Assembly (NCBI RefSeq): GCF_009914755.1
Contig: NC_060935.1
Length of the DNA: 64,000 nucleotides
Direction: 5' to 3' (one strand)
Source: the human T2T-CHM13v2.0 reference genome, Homo sapiens
The translations under genes were made by a program, and so were the position numbers. The notes below the pieces were generated by a model. That model worked only from the letters and a program-made list of their open reading frames with translations. It did no database searches and was not told where the DNA came from. Shown here one piece after another: positions 1-13,815 of this stretch (position 1 is the first letter of the stretch; every line of letters begins with the position of its first letter).

Positions 1-215
<215 letters not shown>

Positions 216-589
216 TCAGGATCTAAGATCTAGATATATAACCAGGAGTAAGCATTACACTTAAACTCTTCATGCCAGAGTCAGTGCCTCTGTCTTAGGA
301 TGTTTGTCATAAAAGGAGGGCATAGAGAAGAATGTTTTCCTTTGAGACAGAGGTGGTGAGATGAGAGAACTTAGCTTCAGCAGCCTGATGTTATCAGGTG
401 TCGAGTGGGCTTTGTAGGAGAAAAGCGGGATCAGGATGATGGTGGTGTGCCGAGTATTAAATATTTGACTAAGTTGATTGGAATACGATAACAGCTTTAA
501 TTGGAAGAACCTAAGGACATGCCCATAAATGGTTCAATTTATGAAGCCCATTCATGGATCTATTTAGGAGGTTGAGTTCATGCAAACAA

Positions 590-810
590 TAACAGTAATT
601 CTTGGGTCTCTACTATAGTAAGTCAAGCACTGAGCCAAGATCTTTCACTGGCCACCCCGTTTCATCCTCATGGCAGCCTTTTAGGACACTTAGGCTTGTT
701 ATCTCTATTTGACAACTGCAGAAATTAAGTTTTAGGGAGGCCAAGCAACTTTCTCAGGGTTGCAAGGTGATGACCTGGCTGAAATTTTGAATTTGGGTCT
801 CTGCCTAATA
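590..810 (-). mobile_element. MIR SINE (degenerate)
   Basis: MIR-like order of motifs: aataacagtaat...agcactgagccaag...catcctcatggcagcc...ttatctctattt...aggccaagcaactttctcagggttgca. Confidence 0.55.
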
Positions 811-2063
811 GACAGACATAAAAATAGGACACTGGGTCTCATTTTTTCTGGTGCTGCTCTCATGCCACCTCCTTCCACCCAAGCAGCTTTTGCTTAGCAG
901 TGACAATTCACCATCCAGCCTTTAGGGTTCTGTATAGTGGCTTAAGACAGGAATACTTGTCATGCGGTGCAGAACTTGCTGGGAAGAGCATCCAGGAGGG
1001 AAAGAGACACTTGGGGGCAGACACCAGAGCCTTGTAGGGTGTGCCAGTTGCCTGTTGTATGACAGTCTCCTAAGAGACTTTACTGGTGCAAGCTGGTGGC
1101 CCTACACACTACCAGGTCACACACAGTGCTCAGCTAGAAGGAGGGAGACGGTGAGGAGGTCATTCTGTTCCTTTTAACACTTCTGGAGGGTGTGTAGAGG
1201 TGTGCTCTCACAGTCAGGGCAGGTGAACCCTCAAATTTTATGAAGAGCTTAGGTGAGACAGGGGACATGTGTGAAAGCAGTCATGTCTAAAGTAGAAATT
1301 ATTTCTGCATGCACCGGCAAAACATTAGCACCCATAAAAGTCTCTGCTTTTTATTGCTACTTCTTCACTGATGAGTGTTTGTGAGGAGAGGGTGCTTCCA
1401 ACCGATGTTTGCATTAAAGGAATTTGTTAGGTCTAAGAACATACCAAATACAGTGTTCTCAAGGTTTGGAGCATTAAGCCTTCTTTAATTCAGAGTTTTG
1501 TCAACGTGTTGCAACAACCTATGAATCAGAGGATGACAGTTTGAATCCTTGACTCTTCAGCAGTTTCCATGAGGTAGAAGAAACTGCTCCACCTTCTCTC
1601 AGAGGACCTGAGAGACACTCTTCGTTTACTACAGCTCGAGAGGTTTGTTGTTTGGTCCCTTGGAGCTGGAAGAGGTGAATGAGGCAGACTGGAAAAATAA
1701 AACAGTTATTATACAATACACTTGGATGGAAATTTAATTGTGTTTAGACATGAACAAACTTTTTTAAAAGGCAGATACAAAGTTATTATGCTTTTCAAAT
1801 CTTTAGAATGTATTTTTGAAGATTCTCCTTCTCTTCAACCTTTAAATAAGAACCAGTAGAAATAGTGCAACTTTTTGAGAAAACAATGGTTAGTATTCCC
1901 CTGATATCACAGCCAGCTTATTTAGCAAGCAAGTAATTCCCAGGGCTGTGGTGACTTCATCAATGCATCTGATGCACAAACGAAAACATCCTTCACTTCT
2001 GTCCAAAAAATAAAACGATTATTATACTTTTATGTTGATAATAAAGTCAGCCATCAGTACTGT

Positions 2064-2065
<2 letters not shown>

Positions 2066-2097
<32 letters not shown>
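2066..2097. repeat. (TG)~12 microsatellite followed by (TATG)
   Basis: Directly visible. Confidence 0.95.
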
Positions 2098-2098
<1 letters not shown>

Positions 2099-2599
2099 CC
2101 CCAGGCCTTGAGGATTACTTGATTTGTTGTTAAATCCTAACCAGAAGCTTTGGATTTAAAGGAAGGAATACTGTATACACAAAATGCATGAGGCTTTTTT
2201 CTTTTGATTGGTAGCAATGATATACTACATATGTTATATCATATCAGTATATTGAAAAGTTCCCAATATTACAATATTTGAATAGAAAGTGATCTTGGCC
2301 TATCTAATGCAAGTGATAGGGCAGAATTTAAGTTAAACAGGATTCCTTTGATTCCTTCCAACAAACAATTATAAAATACAGAATTTGAAAAGGAGAAATG
2401 AAACAAACCAAAAATTCTATTGACCATGTGCTACTGTTAGTTCCAACTGTAGTTGGAGTAAGTTTCCACTGGGCGAGGCATAGAAATCGAAATACTTCTG
2501 AGGTTTAGATCTTACTTCTCTTATGCTGTCCTGTTGGCCTATGACTTAGCCAGGCTTGTGGAATGCCATGGCATATTCTCTGTCTTTAATTAAAAGAAG

Positions 2600-2712
2600 T
2601 TTTAATTGTGGTAAAAAAAAACACACACATTACACAAAATTTACCATCTTAATCATTTTCAAGTATACAGTCCTGTACTGTTGGGTATGTTCACTTTATT
2701 GTGTAACAGCCA
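2600..2712 (-). mobile_element. L1MB-type 3' end fragment
   Basis: aattgtggtaaaa...aaaatttaccatcttaatcattttcaagtatacagt matches the antisense L1MB 3' terminus. Confidence 0.7.
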
Positions 2713-3662
2713 TGCCATTTCTCTTACTTTTACATTTTTTAAAACCTTTTTTTTTTTGCCTGAAAGAAGTGGGGAATGAAAAGGGATTTTTCTAAAAGGT
2801 GCCTGCGTCTCCAAGGGAACTTATTTCTCAGCAGTATAACCTGTTGGGCCATGTAGATGAATCTGTTTGGGCAACCCTTCCCTTGAGATAATATTGTTCA
2901 TGTGTGCGTTCCCCATAGAGCAACATCTATTCTGCTTTTGATGATTCTTACCTTGGGGCTGTGGATGAGGCTACACAAACAAAATTACCCCATAGTTCAC
3001 CTCATCTTAGTCATGAAGACCTAGGCCTTGTTCATTCAGTATGCCCAAGTCAGCCACTGCATAATAAACTTGAAATATTTGGCTCTATTATTGATTGATC
3101 ATATAGATAATGGCCCCAGATTCAATCAGCCATCCGAAATACTGCTGTGGTTGTGCTTGGTTTTTAATTTTTTTAAGTCATTTAAAACAGACATAGTCTT
3201 AAATGCTTTCTCTTGAAAATCTGATTTAATAGAGTCATTATAAAATTGCTAGGTGGTTTAGTTTTATTGGACTTTTATATTTGGTGGAGAATTTTCATTA
3301 CAAAAATTACCTATTTTTTTTTCCAATGTTGGACTTTTTATGAGAAGAGGAAAGTGCTTATACAGATTTATATAATGAACAAAGGTGAGAGAGTTAAGTT
3401 TCTAATTTTCTGGAACAGTAAAAGATGGTTTATCCCCTATCTTTGCTCTGGTCATAGATGAGAGGATCCCTTCCACGTGAAATGCCCCAAATGAAGTGTG
3501 ATAGTGATACTCGGTCATGGTTAGGGAGAGGTGATGCTTCCTGTGTCACTATACTGACAGCTGTGTGTCAGGACACCTCTGCGCCATTCGATAGGCTGTG
3601 ATCCCTCTGGCCAGCCCACCAAGAGCAAACCTTAATCCAGTTGTGTTGTTAATCACACAGAT

Positions 3663-3854
3663 ATTTAGGGACTTGGCTTTACCTTCAACAGTCTTCCAAG
3701 GAGTTCTTAGTTCTAACATTTGCGTGATTTCAATAGCTGATGATAAACTCTCTGCAGGCATTTAGGGACGTCGCTTTACCTTCAATAGCCTTCCGAGGAG
3801 CTCGTAGTGCTAACATTTGCCTGATTTCAATAGCTGATGATAAACTCTGAGCAG
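3663..3854. repeat. Diverged 97-bp tandem duplication (2 copies)
   Basis: atttagggac...tgatttcaatagctgatgataaactct begins at 3663 and again at 3760. Confidence 0.95.
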
Positions 3855-3869
3855 ATGAGGTCTCTTTTT

Positions 3870-4400
3870 TGAAGACCTGCCGATTTCCACATTTATCTTT
3901 GTTTCCTACAGATACTGTCTCCTGAATAATTCATATTTTTCTTAGTTTCCTTTCCTGGCTCCTTTCCTCTATCCATCCTTAAATGCTGCTGCATCTTGGC
4001 CATCTTCTTTTCTTTTACACTGTTCTTGGGCCATCTCTGCCACTTCTGTGGTGTCAGATACCACTAATAACATATGTATGTGTGTATACTTGGAACAGAT
4101 AACATCACCTGAGTTCTAGGTCCCACGTATTCCATTGCTTCTTAGATATATTACAATTTCTAGTCACCATAGACACATAAGATTTCATATGTCCAATATA
4201 GAACTCATTAACTTTCCCTTCGCTTCCCTCCCTGAACCAAATATACCACATGAGTTCTCTTGTCTGTGTTCCTGATCTCTGTGAAAGCAGAAGTCTAGAC
4301 GCCACCTTTGGCTCTTTCATTGCCGTTTTTCTGCATCTGTGTGGTAGTCTTTGTTAATGATGTTCCTGTTATTTCTGAAATTGTATAATAACATAGCATG
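3870..4400 (+). mobile_element. L2 LINE fragment
   Basis: Pyrimidine-rich L2-like text (catccttaaatgctgct...ccatctctgccacttctgtgg...atgtccaatatagaactcatta). Confidence 0.55.
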
Positions 4401-5179
4401 GCATCTGTTGCTTCACATTTCACTTCCCATTCTGTGATTATAAAGAGGTCATTTTTGCAAGGATGTTCAAGGCCGTCATCAGCTTCTCAAGGATCCTCCA
4501 AGTCCTTTGGGAGACAGCCATGCAGTCCTCATCCCAGTTCACTTTAACCCCTTACTTGTTCGCTGGTCCCTCCCTTGTCAACAATGTTTTTGTGATTTGA
4601 GCAGTTTTTCAGCACTCCTTACATTGCCTTTATGAAATCTTATATCTTTGTAAGATTTGTGAATATTTTCATTGCATTTGCTTTCTATCCTTGAATACCT
4701 ACCTCATTTGACCATCAGGAAGAGGCTGGGTGAGGGTGCTGGGTTGATGGGTGGAAGAGGCCCTTGCATGAGGCAGGGCTGTTTCAGTTGGAAGTCATTT
4801 CCTCAGTACTTAGCTCACCCCTGAGTGTTGCATTCTTAAGGCACCATTCGCTTCCCCACCCACTCTCTTAACCGTAGGTCTTGGATATTCACAGACAACG
4901 ATCTCTTGCATATTACCTTTGAACTGTCCCTTATATATTTTGTTATATTTTTACTTTAGAGGCTATAAAGATTTTTCAATAGCAAAGGATGTGAAAACTT
5001 AGGGAGAGAGTGGACAACTTAGTTTGCTATCTCAGAGCACAACATAGTTTGCTTCCAGAAGGAGATATAGGGACATATCTCTGTTGATGAAACCGTTCTT
5101 AGAATTTGAAAAGCAATTTTATGCCTACCATTTTATTGGATTTGTTACTTCATTTTGGGTAGCTGGTGATGTTCTGCTG

Positions 5180-5483
5180 TTTATTATTATTATTATTATA
5201 ATTGGAAGGGGTCTCACCTTGTCGCCCAGGCTGGAGTGCAGTGGCGTGATTTCGGCTCACTGCAACCTCCGTCTCCCAGGTTCCAAGTGATTCTCCTGCC
5301 TCAGCCTCTTGAGTAGCTGGGATTGCAGGCATGTGCCACCATGCCCGACAAATTTTTGTATTTTTAGTAGGGATGGGATTTCGCCATGTTGGCCAGGCTG
5401 GTCTCCAACTCCTGATCTCAGGTGATCTGCCCCCATCGGCCTCCCAAAGTGCTGGGATTACAGGCATGAGCCACCGCACCCAA
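5180..5483 (-). mobile_element. Full-length AluS with (TTA)n-derived tail
   Basis: gtcgcccaggctggagtgcagtggcg...ctcccaaagtgctgggattacaggcatgagccaccg. Confidence 0.95.
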
Positions 5484-7030
5484 GCTTATTATTTTCTTCA
5501 TTGGTGGCTCCTACTAGTCAGCAACTGCTAACTTGTAGGGTAAGAAATTAACAGTAATAATAGGAATAACAGTAAGACAATTGAGTGTTTACCACATGCC
5601 AGGCAGTATGCTAAGTGCTTTCGTCACATTTGAGTGTACAAATTGACTGAATGAATCAGATCATCACTGCAAAGGATCATGAGTTAGCATGCTATAGCCC
5701 ATTCTCTGTCCATCTAAGTTCTCAGACCACTTTTATGGGGCATTCAGTGAATGGAATCAGTTGTTAGGACTGCAGGAGTCCAGGAAGTTAACATGAATGG
5801 AGAAGACATTATATAAATGTGTCTAGAGACATGTTTGGAAGAATAAAGCTATTATGACATCCTTTGGCTATTCATTTGGGTTTAAGTCATATAGTAGTTG
5901 GTATAGGAAAATGGTCTTAAGAGACAAACTGGAGTATGTTTGTTTTCATCCTTCCTAAATCTCAGAGACAATCAGCTTTGGTAATTCCTGTGGATTTTTT
6001 CCATGCTTAAGAATGTGAGGAAAATATTTCCTATTTATACATTATATCAATTAAAGCCCTCAAAATGTCTCTGTTACACAAAATGCAACTAATAATGCCA
6101 CAGCGATTTTCCCATTGTCATGTCACTAAATAAGTTGGCTTATGCAGGCTTACACAAATTGTCATTTTGCATGATTATAGTATTACAAGAAATTTTTGTG
6201 GCTTTAAAAACCTGCTGTAGACCATTTTGCTTTGCTTGGCTAGCCTTTAGGATAATAATGCCATTTACTAGACTTTGCTAAACCCCTAAAATAGCAAAGG
6301 TAGATAATTAAACTAAGCCACAGCTACTGCAATGGTTGTTTCTGTGCAATAGGGAGAAGACGGGAAGCTTGGTAATGTTTTGAGCAGAACCAGCTCATCA
6401 TTGAAATGCTAAGAATGAGCTGGAAAAATATTTTAAAATAGGAATTATATAGTCAAAGCCAATGAAACTAACAGAAACTCCTAACAGTTGGTCTGGTGTT
6501 AGTCCACCCACCCTAAATTTGAGTTTAAAAGATGCTTTGGGACTAAGCATATGTTGGAAGGAGTTGATTTAAGCCAACAGGCCTCTGACTTACTTCGCTT
6601 AAGATAATGCACTCAATACAAACACCTCGTTTGGGGCACTCAGTCTAATTCTGTGGTTCATGGTTTAGAGAGCCATACTTTTGTAGTTCTCAGAGATAAA
6701 TGTTTTGCTTGTTTATGACTCTAGGGAAGAGGATAATACATTTCTGAACAGCACCATCAGAGCTGATGAAGTCTCTACACTTTTGTTGTTTCTATTCTGG
6801 ACAGGGTAAATTCTTCTGAAATTGCATAGATGATGGATCATCCTAAGATATCATCCTAAGATAATGCTGTGCTTGCCCCTTAGACTTGTGGGATGAAGGA
6901 ATGTAGCCAGCGGCTTCATATAAACTTGCGCAATAGTATTACAGATCCTACTTTTCAGAACTGAGTACAGATGGGTTTGAGAATAGAATCTGGTAGAGAG
7001 ATGGCCAAGGAAGCAGAAGTAGAATGCTGG

Positions 7031-7548
7031 TGTTAGTTAGGATTGGGTTTGGCCACATGTAAGCAAATACTTAATATAATGATGGCTTCAACAAGTTAGT
7101 TTATTTATTTATTTTTCATAAAAGAAATCCAAAGGCAGGCAGGTACGTAGGTAGGTAGGTAGGTAGTCCAGGATTGTTATGGTGGTTTCACCATGTGATC
7201 GGGGAACCAGGATCCTAGTTTTCCACTCTCAATCTTTATTACTAGGATCTTACCTTGTGGCTCAACATGGCTGCTACACTCCAGTCATCACACTACATCT
7301 GCATTCTAGCAAACTATAAGGAGGAAGTGACAAAAAGGATAATCTTTTCTTCCCTATGAGGAAGCTTCTAGGAAGTTACATATCTCTTTAGCAGAAACTT
7401 GGTCACCTTACCACACCCACTGCAGGAAAGGACAGAGAATGTAGGCTTTTAGCTGAGTAGCAGTATACCTCACTTAAAGTCCAGTTCTTACTACTATGTA
7501 ATAAGAAACAAGTGAATATCAAGAGAAGAGTTGCAGACCCTGGCACAA
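7031..7548 (-). mobile_element. MaLR LTR (MLT1J/K-like) with internal (TAGG)n
   Basis: tgttagttaggattgggtttggcc...atggcttcaacaag...aacatggctgct...cactgcaggaaaggacagagaatgtaggctttt; TAGG repeats at 7141-7166. Confidence 0.6.
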
Positions 7549-9769
7549 CTGCTAGATACTATACTGTTTATGCAAATATCAGAGCGGCACGAACTTTAAA
7601 AGATGGCATCATAAGTGTGGGTTATCTTTCTCACCATGGAGAAAAACAACATATATGTTGAAGCTCTTATTAGAATACAAATATTGGGTAGTTGATTGAA
7701 ATTGCCCATTGAAACATTGATTCCCTCTTAGTAGTCTGACAGTCTTATGCAAGCCAAAAGGAAAGATGTAGCCCAGGAACAGAGAAACGGAAATGATTAA
7801 ATGCCAGCTCCGTGACTTTTATAGCAGTTCATTCAGCTGCCTACCCACAAAGCACTTCCCAAGGAAGTTACAGCCAAGAATTCACTTGGCTGGGCTTGTC
7901 CATTTTTCATTCATTTCAATGACCATCTCCAGGAATAAAAAACATTCTGAAAGAAGAAAACCTATTGAAGGACTTGGGAAGTATGAACACAGTTTTCCTT
8001 TAAAAGAAAATTTTAAAAAGAAGTAGCTTTAAACCACCTATGTTTGATTAGGAATTTTAGGGTCCCGTTTTCCTCTGTGTGTTTGTGTTTGTGTATCTAA
8101 GTCACTACAAATATATACATATGTATTCAAGATCAAGTTATGAATTTCATAGAATTAGGAACTTTGTCGGTTTTCTTGTTTTAATGATGTTGAGTGAAAA
8201 CAGAAAATAGGAGGACATTCTTTTAAAATAGCCTTGCCGAAAACCTGAAAAGGACTCTAGCATTCAATAAACAGTACATTTCTCCCTCATTGGGGGTCAA
8301 TGAATGTTTAATGCATGGGGCAAGATTTTGGTCTGATCTGCAAAAAAAAAAGGAAAAAAAAATGGTAAATCACAGACACAGGTTTGCAACGACTTCTTGG
8401 ATAGATCCCATAGCTCTCCAGTTGCTTTCAGGGATTTAAAAAGTTGGGTCCGGTTTTCTTCATGGCAGGTACCTTGATCACTTTGGAGGGTTCCCTTGGG
8501 GTAACACTTACTCAGCTTGAGGTAGGTGAGTGGGCAAGGTCAGAGCACTGCTTATGCTTGTGCATTGCTTGTGCCTCAGAGAATCTACTAGCAACAACCT
8601 CTAGTCTCTTACAGAAGTGTGGCTGGGCCAAGGAGCAGTTTCAGTATCTCAGGAAGGTCTGCGGTGATGTGTTCAAAGTTAGGGTAATTTGTGATCTACT
8701 GCCCTCGGTTTTGAACTTTAGCGAAAATTTGGAGGCAACAGGCAAACTTCCATTCCATATCCAGTCATACATGTAGTAAGTTTTATATTTTAGGTATTTT
8801 TTACTCTCTCATTTACTATTCACCCATTTTTGTAGTCTCCTCTCAATTCATTGTTCACTTCATTCTGTGTTTGTTGGAGTAGTTTATTTGCTTATCTCTA
8901 GTATTTTAGAAGTTTAGTGTAATTTAGAAAAGGAGGTTAGTACCAGCTAATGTGTGGCAAGCTTTTAGAGTATAGTCTTGTAGAAGGTTTTCTAGGCTTT
9001 AACTTATGCTGACAAGTTGTTTGCAAAAGTAACATAAGAATATATATATACTTTTCCATCATTATGGAGTTTATATTTTTAGCAGTAAAGTGGGGATTAT
9101 GAAACTTCAGACTTATGGTATGGTGAAAAAAAAGAAAAAAAACTGAAGCCAGGGGTAATTTGCCACTGGTGTTGTGTTTCATGCCTATTCAAAAGAATCT
9201 GAAATTAACCCCCTCTATTTTTTTGTCTAAAAATGCACCACATTAGGAAGATTGTTTAGGATATTTTCACTCACTGCTTAAAAAAATGTAAGTGAACTGC
9301 TGCAAAGTGGTAGGTGGTTTCAAAAACCTTAAGCAATTGCTTCAAATTCTGTAGTCTTCTGAACCATCTGTTCATTTGCCAGGTATGGACAATTAGGGAA
9401 AGCCGTTTGAACCAATGTTGAAATAATTTAAAATCTCATTGGAAGTAAATGGCTAACAGCTTCCAAACGGTCTCATCATTGATTCCAGGAAATGCTGTAG
9501 TCATTTGAAAATGGCTTTGTTGTTAAAATATTTGACCATTTAGTATGCAAATCACCAGAATTAAATAATTTGCTTAACTAACAATAATTTAGATATTTCT
9601 CAAGTCATTTTTTTTCATCAGGATTTGCTAAACACTTAAAGTATACATAGAATTATACTGGACATTTTATGAAATAGAAAATGGAAACAAGGTCTTGCTC
9701 ATGTGTTGGGTTATAGCATATTTAAGTTAGTTATGAGACATAACTGTAGAACAACTACAAAAACAGCCA

Positions 9770-10060
9770 TATTTATTCATTCCTTTCTTCCTTTATTCAC
9801 ATATTATTTGCCGAGCACCTACTTCTGCATCATGAATGCTGGGTTACAGTGGTAACCTATAAATTAAGATGCTGTTCTCATAGATCTGTTATTCTGATTG
9901 GAGGAGACACATGGTGTAAACGTAAAAGAGTGAATGAATGAATGAATGAATGAATAAGATGTTTCAAATAGTAAGAATTCCTATGAAGAAAATAAAATGC
10001 TGTATGCTCCAGAGAGTAAGTGAGCAGAGAAGGGGGTGGGTGAACAAAGAAAGTGCCCTC
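9770..10060 (-). mobile_element. L2 3' end with (TGAA)n
   Basis: ttattcattcc...tatttgccgagcacctacttctg...tgctgggttacagtggt; TGAA run at 9931-9955. Confidence 0.65.
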
Positions 10061-10065
10061 TGATT

Positions 10066-10162
10066 CAGCCCAGGAGGCAGAGGCTGCAGTGAGCCAAGAT
10101 CGCACCACTGCACTCCAGCCTGGGTGATAGAGTGAGACCACATCTCACAAAAAAAAAAAAAA
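10066..10162 (+). mobile_element. 5'-truncated Alu (3' ~80 nt plus poly-A)
   Basis: cccaggaggcagaggctgcagtgagccaagatcgcaccactgcactccagcctggg followed by an A run. Confidence 0.9.
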
Positions 10163-10205
10163 GCTCTTTCTGATATTGGAAATGAGATTGGAACGACACA
10201 AGGAG

Positions 10206-10206
<1 letters not shown>

Positions 10207-10265
<59 letters not shown>
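10207..10265. repeat. (GA)n microsatellite, about 28 units
   Basis: Directly visible, one GGGA interruption. Confidence 0.97.
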
Positions 10266-10266
<1 letters not shown>

Positions 10267-11169
10267 CTGTAAACATGTAAGCATAAAGTAAGAAAAATCA
10301 GCGTGGGTTGGCTGCTTTATGGAAACTTTTTTTGAGTTATTTTGTGGTTGTGCCCACCACACTATACATCTTGATGTAGTTTGCATATATTTTTAAAGTG
10401 GGTTAGCATCATCAGCTAATGCTTATTGAACTGTCAGCAAATATTTATGGAGAGCCTCCTGTGCTCAAGAACCCTTATTAAGTGCAGAGCCCTGAATTAT
10501 GAGTTACAAGGATTTTCAGAAGGTAGAATTCTAGGGTTTAAGGGAAATATTTCAAAGGAATTACAAATTAATTTGAAAAAACTCCAGGGCCTTCTTAGAG
10601 AAGCACTGTACATTCCAGACATAGCATCTAAAGCCAAAAGATTAAACCAGATGGGCAATCATTTTCTTTCTCATTACCCAACTAATGGGGACTGTGAAGA
10701 TGGGCAGGGACTCATGTCTAGAGCCCACCTGAAGTCACAGTGGACCTAGAATGAAGTTAACGTCGCAGTTAAGATTTTCACCGGCTACTTTGCTTCCCCA
10801 GGATTTTATATTTTTTGAGGAAACGGAATGTCTCTGTCATACACAGAGAGGTGCTGACTTCCCTGCATGCCGTGTAGACACAGGAGGAGTGGTCACAGAG
10901 GGGACATGTGCCATCAGCCTTCTTCTTGAGCTAGTGGCACCCTTAAGGATGCAGGCGGGGAATATCAATATATTATTTTGGAAAAATCAGAAGCAAACAT
11001 TGTATAAAGTTTAAACAGTGGCGACAGAAGGTGCTGGACACTTTAAAATGTTCTTGTGTGGATAAATATTTTGTATGGGAGAAAGCACAAGCTCTGAAAA
11101 CAGCCAGACACATGGTTAGATGGATGACTTATCATCTTGGAGTCTGTGTCTACTCATCTTTAAGATCGT

Positions 11170-11390
11170 AGTAGTAACGATGATAGCTGTCATTTATTAA
11201 GCACCTGCTAGGCATTTAACGTACATTATAGCCATGCTGAGCTGGACGTTTTAATCTCTATTTTATAGCTGGAAAACAGGCTCAGAGTGAGTAGGCAACT
11301 TACCTCATGCCAGATATTTAGTATGTGGCAGACCTGGACTCAGACCCAGTTCCCTCTCTTCCAGGGTCTTCCCACCCACACTGCAGTGTC
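11170..11390 (-). mobile_element. MIR SINE
   Basis: atagctgtcatttattaagcacctg...ctctattttatagctggaaaacaggctcagag...ggcagacctggactcagacccag. Confidence 0.7.
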
Positions 11391-12344
11391 CCTTGCAGGC
11401 TTGTTCAGATTAGCAACCTTGAATGCTAAGTGCTGCTAAGCAGGCTCACAGAGAAGGACAACGATGAGGCATGTTCCCTCACTGCTTTTTCCTCCTACAT
11501 CCCAGGACCTGGGATCACCTTGAGATTGTCTGTGAACAAAGAAATCAATATGACTCAATATAATTCTCTGTACAATTACATTTTAAAATTGACAGCCTCT
11601 TTCACTGTTGCTTCACCAAAAAATAAATAAATAAAACAAAAGCCTAGGAATTATGTTTATGTGTTTTCCAAATGAAGAAAAGAAATTTGGGATCCTAAAG
11701 AGTATATAAAATATGTTGATGTAGCATGTAAGTGGAAATGGCTAAAAGGTAACAGAACATAACCAATGTTGTAGGAATTTAAAATATTAGTGTCTTGTTT
11801 AATGACATAGATAACACACAACAATGGTGCTTTGCATGTGAAGTCCCATTATAGTATGATGAGTCTCAGTACAGGTATGGAAGCTGCTACTCAATATTAG
11901 GTTAATTTTGGTCTTCATCAAGACCTTTAAAGATGATTTCCTGGATTTTAGTTCTTATAATCACTGTTCTGCCTTCAGCAAGGACTTGGTAATGATAAAT
12001 TGTTGGTGTAGATAAGTCATTGGCATGAAAGTTGATCTCAAACAGCTTCTTTCGGCATTTAATAATTACTGCAGTGAATTTTCACCTGAATGTGTAAGAA
12101 CTGTCTCACCCTGAACTGTCAAATCTAGGAAATTATAAGATGAGACACTTCCAAATAACGAAAGACCTGATTCATATGACTCCCATGAGCTAACTTTTCT
12201 AAGAAGGAGTTTCTTTAATAAGATTTTATTTCAATTTAAGGTAATTTAAATCAAACTTTTTACATTCCTGGTCTTGATGCTAATGTAACTTACCAGAAAT
12301 TGACTACGTGTCAGCGTTTTGATTCATATAGAATAGAAAGGAAG

Positions 12345-12787
12345 GACATAATGTTATATGAAACCAGCCAGGCACAGAAAGACAGCTACTTCATGATTTC
12401 ACTCATATGTAGAATCTAAAAAAGCTGATCTCATAGAAGCAGAGAATAGAATAGCGGTTACCAGAGGCTGGAGAGGGGAAAGGGGTGGGCAAGCTGGGAA
12501 AAGGTTGGTCCGCTTATATAGGAAGAATAGTTTTGGGTTTTCTATTTCATAGTAGGGTGACTATAGCTGATATCAATGTATTGTATATTTCAAGATAGCT
12601 AACGAAGAAGATCTTGAAAGTTATGACCACAAAAAAATAAAGGTTTGAGGTGATGAACATGCTAATCACCCTGATTTGGTCATTATACAACGTATACATG
12701 TACCGGAACATCACACTGTACCCCATAAGCATGAACAATTATTATGTGTCAATTATAAACACGTTTTTTGAACTTGTCAAAAAAAAA
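12345..12787 (+). mobile_element. L1MA-type 3' end, 5'-truncated, with target-site duplication (TSD)
   Basis: ccaggcacagaaagac...gatctcatagaagcagagaatagaatagcggttaccagaggctgg...tgtcaattataaa plus A-tail; flanks agaatagaaaggaag (12330-12344) and agaatagaatgggaag (12788-12803). Confidence 0.85.
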
Positions 12788-13015
12788 AGAATAGAATGGG
12801 AAGCCGCTTTGTGTATTATTGGTATCAGAGGACATGAATCACACCTGTATAAAAGACATTCTTTTATGATGGAGGGATGCACTGTTTATTCCTAAATTAC
12901 CAGGAGGTGTGGATTTGACTCATACTAAACCAAATCTATGAATTAATGTTTCCTAGAAAGTTGTCTCGAGATGGAAAAAAGGTGTCTATATAATACCTTG
13001 GTTTCTTTGTCAAAT

Positions 13016-13138
13016 CATGCCTACCTTTCTGAGTTGCTTTGCACTATAGCATTATAAAGTTATCTAGTGAATCAAACAGTGTATATGCACATTTTAAGCA
13101 TTCAGTATTGATACTTTTGTGCAGTATGAAGGTGGTTT
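13016..13138. repeat. Copy A of a ~125-bp dispersed direct repeat
   Basis: Aligns to 13816-13941 (aaagttatcta-tgaatcaaaca-gtgtatatgcacattttaagca-ttcagtattgatacttttgtgca-tatgaaggtg). Confidence 0.95.
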
Positions 13139-13815
13139 CTTTCTTCCTAAGTTATCTGGGTAATTACATCAACTGGTCATTTGGTTTTTACTTTATAAAT
13201 ATCGGCTTAAGTAAAATAGCATAACAGTTGCTCAGAGAGTATTTACTTTACATCCACTTTTATTTTTCCTTTTATTCTCAGCAGCATGTCTAGTTTTTTT
13301 AGCCAAAGTCTAAAAATATCACTATAGTTCAGAAAATAATACCTCTTAAGTAGAACTAGCAAAAATATTTCTTCAGAGTTAAGAGGTCATCTCTTAATGC
13401 TAACAGGTTATGACATGAGCAGAACTGAGAATTACCCAGCTGACGTTGCTCCTTTAGCATAGAACAAAAGCATCTTTTCTGTGACTAATGTAAATCCCAA
13501 AAGTTAGTGTTTTTCAGGTATACAGAATAAAACTTGGGCAGTAATGACTGAATTGACGATATTGTCAGTCAGTGGTAATATCCTAGGTGACCGTAATCAC
13601 AGGATTGGTTGGCAATCAATAACTGTATGTGTTTCTTGGAAGTTATCTGGGATGTGCTTCAGCAAAATAAGGGAGAAAATTAAGAAAGGAGGTGAGGAAT
13701 TCAGGAAAAATCTATCTACAGATAGTGGTGAAATATTCCATTGAATGAATACACGCAATGGGGTTAAGAAGTCAAATAGTTTAACAGAAGGCTCTATGTT
13801 AAAAAACAGTGGTGC

